DNA of 58,711 bases from Alphaproteobacteria bacterium. GTDB taxonomy: Archaea > Nanobdellota > Nanobdellia > Woesearchaeales > UBA9642. A program made the translations under genes and the position numbers. Positions 19,022-27,993 of this stretch are shown one piece after another. The notes below the pieces were generated by a model. The model was given only the letters and a program-made list of their open reading frames with translations. It had not been told where the DNA came from and made no database searches. The DNA is taken from positions 1 through 58,711 of the forward strand of contig DASPMU010000108.1 in assembly GCA_035626895.1 (NCBI GenBank), read 5' to 3'. Positions within the stretch are counted from its first letter, which is position 1, and each line of letters starts with the position of its first letter.

Positions 19022-19978
19022 TTATTTAACTGCATAATCTTTTATCTTCTCGTTGAATTCCATGTTTATTTTAGCATCGAAGGCGTCCCTGCATAGATCA
19101 TGTATCCTGTTTAATCTTGCAAAAGCCTGGTGATTCTTGCTCGATATTGTAATCTTCTCGAATTCTGATTTGATCCTCGTAGCTTCTTCTTTCTGCGACA
19201 TAAGTTTTCCTAAAAACACTATTATCTTGCTTAATGTTGCTATATCTGATTTAGATGGATCCATAGTCCTCATTCTTAAAATATTGTCTGAAATGCTTTC
19301 CATTCTTTTTGATATTATTTGCAAGTATAATATATCTTCTTCGTTCTTTATACCGTTTTCAGTTTTCTTTGAATAATCACTCATGCATGAAAGAAGAACT
19401 CTTCTCGACAAATAAAACATCCTATCTACTGCGTGCTCTGTTTCTTCGAGAATTTTATATTGCTTGTTTTCAAGGGAAGATACGTGGAGTTTTATCAGAT
19501 AATACATCCTTAGCTGGATAGTCTTAATATTTGTCTGAATATCGTTGAACAGGAAGGATATCTCGACGCTTGTTTCATCTTCATGAGTTATTGAATATCC
19601 TTCGAGATATTTTATTGCTGATTGTATTGAATGAAGTATATTATGATCTATAGTCTTGGAAGTTACTTTTATATGATCTATGCTCTTTACATAGCAGAAC
19701 ATTATGAATTCAGTCAATGTATCTATATTTTTATCGTCAACATGTATAAGTACTTTTTTTGCATTTGATTGCGAATTGATTGATTTAGTCAGGATGAGTT
19801 CATTATTATCTGTTATGTTCATGAATATAATGTCATGATTTTTTATATGATTTGACAAAATCCATTTCTTAGGCAGGGATACTGCGTAGGAATTATTCCC
19901 GACTACCTGGACTTTTCTTGATTCCATAGCTTCTTTTTCATTCTTTTGTCCGGAAAAGTGTGATTTTTGTGCTTTCAT
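19022..19978 (-). CDS. AbrB/SpoVT-type DNA-binding domain fused to PhoU-like helical domain (regulator)
   Basis: RKVQVVGNNSYAVSLPKKW followed by a helical repeat region. The ATG at 19978 has a TATA (AATTTATATA, 20001-20010 on the minus strand) about 25 nt upstream. The track's extension to 20038 is unlikely. Confidence 0.6.
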   Translation of the reverse strand: MKAQKSHFSGQKNEKEAMESRKVQVVGNNSYAVSLPKKWILSNHIKNHDIIFMNITDNNELILTKSINSQSNAKKVLIHVDDKNIDTLTEFIMFCYVKSIDHIKVTSKTIDHNILHSIQSAIKYLEGYSITHEDETSVEISFLFNDIQTNIKTIQLRMYYLIKLHVSSLENKQYKILEETEHAVDRMFYLSRRVLLSCMSDYSKKTENGIKNEEDILYLQIISKRMESISDNILRMRTMDPSKSDIATLSKIIVFLGKLMSQKEEATRIKSEFEKITISSKNHQAFARLNRIHDLCRDAFDAKINMEFNEKIKDYAVK

Positions 19979-20070
19979 ATCGTCAATAAATATGTTCAAG
20001 TATATAAATTTTACTTTAGTATATATACTATACACCATAAAAGTATATACTTGCCTGTCTATCTATAATT

Positions 20071-20613
20071 ATGGAAAACATAAAGACAAACACAATAACA
20101 AACTGGCAAGAAAGAAAGACAATAGCCCAAGAAAAGCTGGAAGAAAAATTAGAGCAAAATTACTTCTCAGTAAAGCCGAAGAATTACGAAAATCTGGACA
20201 TTATCCAGCAAAATTACTTCTCAAGACTTGACAATTACAGCGGGCAATTCATTGAAGAGAAATTCTATATGGAGCAAAACATAGAGGAAACGCAGGGAAT
20301 ATTCTCAAGCAAAAACGAATACAAGGAAGCATTCACGGAACTCAAGAAATTCTTTGCCTTGACAAAGCTATACGGCAAGGGACTTGCAATGACGAGCCCG
20401 AAAGTTGACGAAGTATGGCATCAATTCATACTCTTCACAAGAGAATATCATTCATTCTGCGACGAATTCATAGGAAGATATCTTCATCACGAGCCAAACA
20501 TCCCGTCAAGAATGACAAAGAAAAGTCTTGACGAATCGTTCCATAACTTTGTTCATTCATACAGGCAGACATACGGCAAGATACCAGAAATCTGGGGAAT
20601 CAAGCAATCATAA
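20071..20613 (+). CDS. Hypothetical protein with D-x-x-W-H ... C ... H-H motif (GRDP/DUF1399-like?)
   Basis: KVDEVWHQFILFTREYHSFCDEFIGRYLHHEP. The family assignment is tentative. Confidence 0.35.
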   Translation: MENIKTNTITNWQERKTIAQEKLEEKLEQNYFSVKPKNYENLDIIQQNYFSRLDNYSGQFIEEKFYMEQNIEETQGIFSSKNEYKEAFTELKKFFALTKLYGKGLAMTSPKVDEVWHQFILFTREYHSFCDEFIGRYLHHEPNIPSRMTKKSLDESFHNFVHSYRQTYGKIPEIWGIKQS

Positions 20614-20673
20614 AAATCATAGTTACGAAATAAAAAACGAACAATAGAGAAAAAAACAAACGAGGAAAACAAA

Positions 20674-21534
20674 ATGAAATACACAACAATTGTACAACAA
20701 CTAAACAGCCTGGATCAAACGACCAGGGGAGTATACGACCAGCTTCTAGCAATGGAGCGTATAAATACAAAGGGAGGATACATAAAGAAAAATGATTTGT
20801 CAGATAGCGCAAACAGATTGTATTCTTCGATGGCCGGTGGAAGCGAGCCATACATAAAGACAGAGAAAAGAGGATTTATCTTCAAAGACGATGGATATGT
20901 CCTGACTAGCTACGGTCAAAAGACCCTGAATAATGAGAAGAGCAAGACAAAAAGCATTCAGTCAAAAATAAAGGGAATAGATGAAGCAGTAGAAGACATC
21001 TTGAGAGAGAACGGAACAACGCCGACGGATCATTTAGTAAAGAAACTGATGCTAGTAGACGGAGCATTTAACGCCGAAAAAATACCCTTCTTCAAGGACA
21101 AGCAAAATCTTGGAGACTATGTTCACGGAAAAATAGAATCAAACTATAAACAAAAAAACAAGAAAATAAAAATAGATCGTGAAGGAAGAGGAAGAGGACT
21201 TACAACAAGGGGATATGTCACAACAAACGATGATAGTACATTAATGAATGTCATGACATACGGACTCTTCATAAATGCAATGATGAATGACGGATATTCG
21301 CATAGAAACGAAAATAGATCAGAGTCTTCAAATTATTCTAGCGGTTGCGCAGCAATAACAGGATGCAGCTCGAGCCTGCACGACAGTGGAAGCTCTCATG
21401 ACTCGGGATCAAGTCACTCCAGCGGACACTCAAGCTGCTCAAGCAGCCACTCGAGTTGCTCAAGTTCAAGCTCATGCAGCTCAGGATCAAGCTGCGGGTC
21501 TAGCTGTGGTGGCGGAGGATGCGGAAGCAGCTAA
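20674..21534 (+). CDS. Hypothetical protein with extreme Ser/Cys/Gly/His-rich C-terminal tail
   Basis: The last ~70 aa are SSGCAAITGCSSSLHDSGSSHDSGSSHSSGHSSCSSSHSSCSSSSSCSSGSSCGSSCGGGGCGSS. All 8 Cys of the protein lie there. Confidence 0.45.
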   Translation: MKYTTIVQQLNSLDQTTRGVYDQLLAMERINTKGGYIKKNDLSDSANRLYSSMAGGSEPYIKTEKRGFIFKDDGYVLTSYGQKTLNNEKSKTKSIQSKIKGIDEAVEDILRENGTTPTDHLVKKLMLVDGAFNAEKIPFFKDKQNLGDYVHGKIESNYKQKNKKIKIDREGRGRGLTTRGYVTTNDDSTLMNVMTYGLFINAMMNDGYSHRNENRSESSNYSSGCAAITGCSSSLHDSGSSHDSGSSHSSGHSSCSSSHSSCSSSSSCSSGSSCGSSCGGGGCGSS

Positions 21535-21549
21535 AGGCTGCAAAGTAAA

Positions 21550-21557
21550 TTTATAAA
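21550..21557 (+). promoter_or_regulatory. TATA box for the small RNA candidate
   Basis: TTTATAAA about 25 nt upstream of the 5' stem of the 21579-21647 hairpin-closed RNA. Confidence 0.5.
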
Positions 21558-21578
21558 CAGCCAAGCTCTCCTATTATC

Positions 21579-21647
21579 GTGTGCGATGAGGTTGTGAACA
21601 CCCGATGACCGCAAGGGATGATTAACGGAAGTAACTGCCGAGCACAC
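21579..21647 (+). ncRNA. Candidate small RNA (~69 nt), k-turn/C-D-box-like
   Basis: GC-richer island closed by GTGTGC/GCACAC. Three GATGA motifs (GCGATGA, CCGATGA, GGGATGA) and two CCGA in the positions of D'/D. 12-nt spacer between the first GATGA box and the first CCGA. TATA upstream and a T7 run immediately downstream. Confidence 0.5.
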
Positions 21648-21648
21648 A

Positions 21649-21655
21649 TTTTTTT
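21649..21655 (+). terminator. Oligo-T termination signal
   Basis: TTTTTTT directly after the closing stem of the small RNA candidate. Confidence 0.5.
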
Positions 21656-21676
21656 AATTTTATTAGAATTTGAATA

Positions 21677-23449
21677 TCAAACTATTTTGAAATCAACGCA
21701 TATCCTATATACATAAGGAGAATGTTGACCGCATTTGACAACGTCTAGGACTTTGTGTTTTAATTTATGTTTCTTGCATGCTTTTTCTATCTGTTTCAAT
21801 GCAGTATCGATTTTATTTAGTTCTAAGAAATCATAATAGTGTATGATCGTTCCTTTCTTTGCGAATTTCAGTGTGTCATCAAGGAATTTATGCGCGTCAT
21901 GAGGCGCCGGCATTATTATCCTGTCGTATTTCTTTGGAGCAGTCTTTGAATATTTCTTCAAGTTAGCATAGCTATTCAAGCTCTCTTTAGGCTTTGATTC
22001 ATCTTTTGATTTTACTTCTATAACGCCTTTGTTGACAAGAGGCAGGATAGTTTTGAAATCTATTGGCCCCTTTCCGACTTCTCTTGTATGAGTCTTTGGA
22101 TCGTGGTCTGCGACGTGAAAATAAGTGTTGAAATTATTTTGTATTTCCTTTATGACTGAAACTATTTTCTTGTTGTTTTTGTAAGTTATATATAGGTGAT
22201 TTATATCAACACATATATTTTTGAATCCTGCAGATTTAGCAATCTTCATTATTGATTCCTGAGTATCAAAACTCATTGTCAAAGTCTCAAAATAGAAATA
22301 ATCGTAATAATTGCTTAATTCCTTGACTTTAGCGAGTACTGCCTGCTCATTTATTGATGATGCTTCTGAATGCAGATGTATCACTGAAGAAATGAAATGC
22401 TTCTTGCATAATCCCCCAAGATTCTTCAAGAATTCTACGACCCGATCATTGTCTATTGCGTAAGCTTTTCCATCTATCCTGAATGGAACATGGAAGAAAA
22501 CTTCTATTCCTTTATTTTTTAACTCAGTAACGCGTTTTTCAAACAACGGAATATTTTTTGGATCTAAATCATTGTCGAACAAATGTATCTCCATTATCTG
22601 GGGATTTTTCCTGAGCCTAGTAGCCATGTCTTCCTTTTTCAGGGAACATTTAAGCCCTATTAGATGCTGATATGGATTTTTGCTGAATTTCTTCACATCA
22701 GAATTAACTAAGGTAATATTGTGTATATTATTTAATCTAACACTGTCTAAACCGTATTTGTGCCCTAAAGGATTTATTTCAACGCCAGTAATATGCCTTG
22801 CCTTGCTGTTTCTTGCAAGAACTAATGGATAAGGCGCGCAGCCACTAAATAATACAAGTATTTCTTCATTCTTTTTTATCTGCTCGGAAACTCTCTTGCG
22901 TTCATTGCTAAGTCTTATGCTAAAATATACCTTCTCGACATCTAGCTTTATTTGAACACCATTTTCTTTGTAGATTGTCTCCTTTGTATTGACTCCTGCC
23001 AAGAATTTTAATTTCTGGGTCCTGTATACTCCGTCGTGTATCGCGGCCTTCTTTAGGACTGTCTTTATCTGAGGATTTATCTTGATCAAAGTATCTGCTA
23101 TCAATTTTTCTTTTTTAATTAAGTCTTTAGGAACTTCGATTATAGCGATGCTTCCAATAGTGTCATGGGAAGTCTTGACAAAATCCATCTCTTTTTCTGT
23201 CAATAGTTTAGAAAGATTATCCTTTAGAGATCCCTTGATATTGCTCTTCGGGAATTTCATATCAACAAATTCGAACTTGAATTTATTCAATGGATTAACA
23301 GAGGAATTTAGGGAGAATTTTTGTTTCACAGCAAAACAAATATGAGTCTTATCCTTAACATGATAATATTCTTTATCCATCAGATCATTTGATAGGATAA
23401 AACTTTTTGCCTTCTCTGCATCTTTTAATTCTACCTTAATTCCAAGCAT
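21677..23449 (-). CDS. trm5: Trm5/Taw22-type tRNA (m1G37) methyltransferase with a ~250-aa inserted TIM-barrel-like domain
   Basis: Colinear with archaeal Trm5: HDTIGSIAIIEV, YKENGVQIKLDVEKVYFSIRLSNER, SAM site ILVLFSGCAPYP ... GVEINP ... NSDVKKF, then ...YDRIIMPAPHDAHKF..GTIIHYY. Residues about 256-506 between the last two blocks are extra. Confidence 0.7.
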   Translation of the reverse strand: MLGIKVELKDAEKAKSFILSNDLMDKEYYHVKDKTHICFAVKQKFSLNSSVNPLNKFKFEFVDMKFPKSNIKGSLKDNLSKLLTEKEMDFVKTSHDTIGSIAIIEVPKDLIKKEKLIADTLIKINPQIKTVLKKAAIHDGVYRTQKLKFLAGVNTKETIYKENGVQIKLDVEKVYFSIRLSNERKRVSEQIKKNEEILVLFSGCAPYPLVLARNSKARHITGVEINPLGHKYGLDSVRLNNIHNITLVNSDVKKFSKNPYQHLIGLKCSLKKEDMATRLRKNPQIMEIHLFDNDLDPKNIPLFEKRVTELKNKGIEVFFHVPFRIDGKAYAIDNDRVVEFLKNLGGLCKKHFISSVIHLHSEASSINEQAVLAKVKELSNYYDYFYFETLTMSFDTQESIMKIAKSAGFKNICVDINHLYITYKNNKKIVSVIKEIQNNFNTYFHVADHDPKTHTREVGKGPIDFKTILPLVNKGVIEVKSKDESKPKESLNSYANLKKYSKTAPKKYDRIIMPAPHDAHKFLDDTLKFAKKGTIIHYYDFLELNKIDTALKQIEKACKKHKLKHKVLDVVKCGQHSPYVYRICVDFKIV

Positions 23450-23530
23450 TTACTCAACTCTTTTTAGTTTCTAACTCACACTTTCTCCTGATTTATTAAA
23501 AATTCGATAAATAGATTAAATTATTTATAA

Positions 23531-24568
23531 TTAAAAGTAATCGATTAATCCTTTTTGCGCTACCGGCCTTTTCTGAAGTCCCTCAAGGACTTTTCTTGTC
23601 CTCTCTTCGCTGAAATCATGCTTTGCGCATAATATTTCAACAACTTTCTCTACATCGACTTCCTTGAATGCAATCTTATAATCCGTTGCTGTTTTTGTGT
23701 TTTTGATTATCTCGAAAACATCTTTCCAATCACATTCAAAATGTTCGCTCCATTTTTTATCATGGAACAATTTATTAAAGTTATCTATTCCGCTGCCGTA
23801 TTCCTTGACTAATTTAAGGGCAGTCTTTGGGCCGATGCCTTTTATTCCGCCGATATTGTAATCTGTTCCTGTAAGCATTGCAAGAACTATCAATTGATCT
23901 TGATCGATTTCAAGCTTTGTAAGCGTGTCTTTTAATGATATTAATTCCGGAGTTATTGTATCGTATGCGAGCTTGTTTGGCATTTTTTTTCTTCCAGATA
24001 GTGTCAGATTCTTGACAACAAGTGGGCATCCGAACAAAAATGAATCTGCATCCTGGCTCAAGCTTGCGAATGCATCTTTGTTTTTTACAATCAGTGCAGC
24101 CTGGGCTTCTCCCTCGGATGGAGCCTGAATTATCGTGCACCCAAGAGCTTCCATTAATTCTTTTGCGTCAGCAATCATTTCTTTTGTCAATTTGCTAGTC
24201 CGTGAAGCAAATTTCTTCATATCATCAAGATTTTCCTCTTCTACTGCAGTATTGTATCTTGATTCTGCCTCAAGCTTTAGCTTGGTTCTTCTCTCTCTTT
24301 CCTTTAATTTTAATGCCGGAGCTTCTCCGTCAAATACGAATATGAACTTTATATCAAATTGCATAAGTTTTGTGAACCTGTAGAATAATCCATTCAGATG
24401 GCTAGTTACATTTCCATGAGAGTCTTTCAGAAGAGAACCATCAGGCTGCCTTATAGATGATAAGAACATATACAGTTGGTTGAATGCATCAACAACTATG
24501 ACTTTTCCTCTTAAATCTTCAATAGACAGTTCTTTTGTCTCAAGAAGATCCGTTATTTTTGTTCCCAT
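23531..24568 (-). CDS. fen: Flap endonuclease 1
   Basis: MGTKITDL ... VVDAFNQLYMFLSSIRQPDGSLL ... FVFDGEAPALK ... H3TH GIKGIGPKTALKLV. Confidence 0.9.
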   Translation of the reverse strand: MGTKITDLLETKELSIEDLRGKVIVVDAFNQLYMFLSSIRQPDGSLLKDSHGNVTSHLNGLFYRFTKLMQFDIKFIFVFDGEAPALKLKERERRTKLKLEAESRYNTAVEEENLDDMKKFASRTSKLTKEMIADAKELMEALGCTIIQAPSEGEAQAALIVKNKDAFASLSQDADSFLFGCPLVVKNLTLSGRKKMPNKLAYDTITPELISLKDTLTKLEIDQDQLIVLAMLTGTDYNIGGIKGIGPKTALKLVKEYGSGIDNFNKLFHDKKWSEHFECDWKDVFEIIKNTKTATDYKIAFKEVDVEKVVEILCAKHDFSEERTRKVLEGLQKRPVAQKGLIDYF

Positions 24569-24755
24569 TATAAATCCCTATTTCAAGAATACCGAAGGGT
24601 TTTAAAAGTTATTTGTAAAAATTTAGTGAATAATCCGAAAATTCTTTATATAAACAGTACGTAAAAAACATATACTATTAATCCTAAAAATATGAAATCT
24701 GCAATTGGAGTCATCATTTTGATCTTATCCTAGTTATTACAAATACGTAATTTAT

Positions 24756-25919
24756 CTAATCTTTTACATGAATGTATTTGTGAAGAACTTTCTCTGCATG
24801 CCTTCGCTTTTCCTGATGGTCTTTGAGGAATGCAGTCAATTTTTCAATTAATAAATTCTTCAACTCTCCTGAAAGAAGCGCACCAGATTTATAATCGTTA
24901 TGAATTTTTTCAAGCAATGCATCGTCTTCTTCGAATATTTTCAGCCATTGGAAAGAAACATCAATATCAGGGTTTCCTCCCAATCGTCTGTGTTCATCTA
25001 ATGTATCTCTTCCACCGCTGAATGCATATTTCTTGACCTTTCTTGCTGCCTCTTCGGGTTCGTCAGTCAGGGCAACAAATGAAGTTGCATCAGATGAAGA
25101 CATCTTGCCGCCTGAAAGTCCGGGAACAAAAGTATGATACGTTGAACATAATTCTTTGAATTTTATATTATTATGTGCCATGACGCGAGACATCATGTCT
25201 CTTGCAATTCTTAAATGAGGATCTTGGTCTATTCCTACTGGAACTAGTACTGGCAATGAGCCTTCAAATTCAGGCAATTGCATGTGAAGCATGTCTGAGG
25301 CTTGCAGAAGCGCAGAAACCATTTTTGCCGGGCTTATTTCGCCGTAAACAGCCTTGAATTCATTGAATGTTGCGTGCCTTGCAAGAATATTTTGCAACCT
25401 GTAATATGCATTTGACTTTTCTGCATCTTTTGATCGATCCGATTGAAAATATATCTCGCAGTTCTCAGGTTTTAATCCTAGAGCAATATAGTTCAATATA
25501 TATTGATCTATCGCTGTCTTTCTGCCTTCTTCAAGGCTTACGCCGCGGGCATTGTATGCTTCGATATCAGCAACGCAAATTACAACTTTTGCGCCAAGAG
25601 ATTGATAGAATATTATTTGCCTTGCAAGGATCATGTGCCCTATGTGGAATTTTCCCGTAGGCATAAGGCCAGTCATCATTACAAAAGGCTTCTTATGCTC
25701 AATTGCAGTTATTATATATCCAAAATCCCTGTGAGCAAACACTAAATTTCTTCTGAATAATAATTCTTTATGGAATTCTTTTGGAAGGCTTGATGATTCT
25801 AATTTCTGGACTCCAAAATCCTTCAATAGCTTTTCGTAATTGATATCCCCTTTTACTTCCCAAGGATTGAATACAGACTCTTTTACTGGAGCCGAATTTG
25901 AATTGCCTGAATCTTCCAT
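24756..25919 (-). CDS. trpS: Tryptophanyl-tRNA synthetase (archaeal/eukaryal type)
   Basis: NPWEVKGDINYEKLLKDFG N-terminus, HIGH-type TGKFHIGH, KMSKS-type KMSSS. About 387 aa. Confidence 0.75.
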   Translation of the reverse strand: MEDSGNSNSAPVKESVFNPWEVKGDINYEKLLKDFGVQKLESSSLPKEFHKELLFRRNLVFAHRDFGYIITAIEHKKPFVMMTGLMPTGKFHIGHMILARQIIFYQSLGAKVVICVADIEAYNARGVSLEEGRKTAIDQYILNYIALGLKPENCEIYFQSDRSKDAEKSNAYYRLQNILARHATFNEFKAVYGEISPAKMVSALLQASDMLHMQLPEFEGSLPVLVPVGIDQDPHLRIARDMMSRVMAHNNIKFKELCSTYHTFVPGLSGGKMSSSDATSFVALTDEPEEAARKVKKYAFSGGRDTLDEHRRLGGNPDIDVSFQWLKIFEEDDALLEKIHNDYKSGALLSGELKNLLIEKLTAFLKDHQEKRRHAEKVLHKYIHVKD

Positions 25920-26005
25920 AGTCTTAAAATTACTTCTTATTATTTAAAGTTTCTTGATTAGAAGGCTTTGTGTAAAAATGCATTTAGAATGTTCTTATAT
26001 CTCGA

Positions 26006-27199
26006 TTACTGAATCTGCTTGAACATCATGCCACTGAACTCATTGTTCATCATTGCCTGAGTTTTCTGGGATAAAGCGCCCGTAGATAAAAATAAGCAAG
26101 GCATTTTCTTGTTTTGCGCAAATATCAATGCCGGGGCAAGATCTGCGTCTGTTATTGTAGTCTTGTCTTTTGCTTTGCAGAATATATATTCGTTAGTGTT
26201 ATGATTTTTTAATATTAAGTTGTATTCCGTTTTCTTCAGTTTTTCTTTGCTTAATAGATCAAGACCGTTTGTTGTTATGAAATTTAGTATGACTTCATAG
26301 AAATCTTTTTTATTAGGATCGCGGGCAGGCTTGGCTTTAGGAATTTTCTCTTTTGCTTCCTTGTGTTCTGAAGTCTTATGTTCAGCTTGTTTGTGTTCAA
26401 CATGTTCCTTATGAACTCTTGGATGAGACTCGTGAGCATGTTCTGCCTGATGCGTATGTGAAGTAGAATGCGTTCTGGTATGATGAGTCTTATGTTCTTC
26501 ATGTGTATCCTGGGATAATTCTTTTGGAATCTCTGAATGAACTGCAGGAGCTGAATGTATTTCTTTATGCTCTTGGACTGCTTCTGGGACTATTTCATGC
26601 GCAGCTTTCGATAATGCTTCATCGATTACTTTGCTTGCCGGAATCGGTTCAGGAGAATGGATTTTGGGAGCTTCTGGTTCTGACGGTTTTTCTCCTGATT
26701 TCACTTCAGATATTATTGGAGATACAACAGGCGCTTTCTCCTGCAAGATTGGCTTCTGGACAATTTTCTGAGCGATGAGCTCCGCCTGCTCGACTGGAAC
26801 ATTGTAGAATCTCCAGAATAATACTTTGATCCCTGAATGCTCAATGTAGAAAGGCTTTGCAAAATCCCTTATAGTCTTTAAGGAAAATCTCGTCAAGGCG
26901 TCCTGAGATTCATCTCTTACGACCTTCTGGTCTTTTAGCATGACAAATGTTCGCCTGTCTTTCTCGTTCAAATGTTCGATATAATCTTCGAGTCTTGACT
27001 CGTGGTCAGGTATATAATATAGCGGAGATCCTCCGACCTTCAAGCTTGAAACCCTGATTTTTCCTGTAGTGATTATTGTTGAAAGAATTGCTCCGATTAT
27101 CATCGTGTCGCCGCCAACTTGCTTTACAATTTTTGCTGGCAGAGTCGGGCCCTGGCTTACGACTTCGAGAATTTTTTCTTTAGGTATATTTTGGAGCAT
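26006..27199 (-). CDS. Hypothetical protein: winged-helix-like N-terminus, His/Glu/Lys-rich linker, conserved C-terminal domain
   Basis: No family recognised. The linker is HKEIHSAPAVHSE...THHTRTHSTSHTHQAEHAHESHPRVHKEHVEHKQAEHK. Confidence 0.35.
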   Translation of the reverse strand: MLQNIPKEKILEVVSQGPTLPAKIVKQVGGDTMIIGAILSTIITTGKIRVSSLKVGGSPLYYIPDHESRLEDYIEHLNEKDRRTFVMLKDQKVVRDESQDALTRFSLKTIRDFAKPFYIEHSGIKVLFWRFYNVPVEQAELIAQKIVQKPILQEKAPVVSPIISEVKSGEKPSEPEAPKIHSPEPIPASKVIDEALSKAAHEIVPEAVQEHKEIHSAPAVHSEIPKELSQDTHEEHKTHHTRTHSTSHTHQAEHAHESHPRVHKEHVEHKQAEHKTSEHKEAKEKIPKAKPARDPNKKDFYEVILNFITTNGLDLLSKEKLKKTEYNLILKNHNTNEYIFCKAKDKTTITDADLAPALIFAQNKKMPCLFLSTGALSQKTQAMMNNEFSGMMFKQIQ

Positions 27200-27302
27200 A
27201 ACTATTAAAATAGACCAGAAGTTTAAAAATTTGTTGCTGTGTTGCTAACTTTGAGTAGAAAATATTATAGGATTAATGGAATCAGTTTGTAACTTTGTTT
27301 TA

Positions 27303-27911
27303 TTATGGTTTTATCCATTTGATCTCATAATATGTAACGTCGCCTTCATCATCAACGATTCCCATCATGAGCTTCTTTTTTGTAGAGTGGGCCACTCTGT
27401 TTTTGGCCGAGAAATCATACCAAGTCATAGATGTTGATTCGTTGACAGGATAAATAATCCATCTTGCATGATCTTCGCCAGGTTTCACGCCTCGGTCGTA
27501 TACCCTGAAATCCGCTCCGAATTTCAGTGCAGTCTTGATTATGTATCCCCGATCTCTCATGTCCTTGAAGACACAGTATCGAATCCACATGTTAGGCTCG
27601 AGTTTTGAAGACTTTTTCAAAAATGAATCGAAATCAATCAATTTATTTTTTGAATCTTTTAATTCTAATTTGTTCTTTTCAATTAAGTATAATGTTTCAA
27701 GAAGAGATAATTGAAGCTTGCCGTCAGGCAAAATAGTTCCGTACCTTGAAGCGTTGTATAATTCCCTTGACTCATCAGATTTCTCTGCGACAACACGTCC
27801 ATCTGAAAGTGTCGCCTTGATTTTTTCCTTGAATCTTTTGCCATCTATTATAGTATCTTTAGCTTTCAATACTTTCAAGTCTTTTGGCAGTTCGCCATCA
27901 TCATTAGCCAT
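27303..27911 (-). CDS. endA: tRNA-splicing endonuclease
   Basis: YCVFKDMRDRGYIIKTALKFGADFRVYDRG ... HARWIIYP catalytic domain. Confidence 0.85.
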   Translation of the reverse strand: MANDDGELPKDLKVLKAKDTIIDGKRFKEKIKATLSDGRVVAEKSDESRELYNASRYGTILPDGKLQLSLLETLYLIEKNKLELKDSKNKLIDFDSFLKKSSKLEPNMWIRYCVFKDMRDRGYIIKTALKFGADFRVYDRGVKPGEDHARWIIYPVNESTSMTWYDFSAKNRVAHSTKKKLMMGIVDDEGDVTYYEIKWIKP

Positions 27912-27993
27912 GAGATTAGAAGGGATAAAGACTTTTTAAAGGTATTTAAAAGGAATTAAAGAAATAGAGAATAAAAATAAAAGAAATAATTAA

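Noticed and set aside
21319-21534. Calling the Cys/Ser tail a bona fide RiPP precursor
   Set aside because: No YcaO/cyclodehydratase, dehydrogenase, protease or transporter genes are nearby, and the leader would be 215 aa. I kept it as a hypothesis in the findings, not as an annotation.
21932-22684. Insertion in Trm5 as an intein
   Set aside because: The junctions lack intein hallmarks: no Cys/Ser/Thr at the N-junction paired with a His-Asn plus nucleophile at the C-junction. The insert instead shows TIM-barrel-type motifs.
23910-24383. ORFs 23910-24140(-), 23925-24128(+), 24135-24383(+) within the FEN1 gene
   Set aside because: They are alternative-frame or antisense ORFs inside a well-supported FEN1 coding sequence. 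The same reasoning applies to short ORFs nested in trpS, pan, queA, htpX, the primase gene and others.
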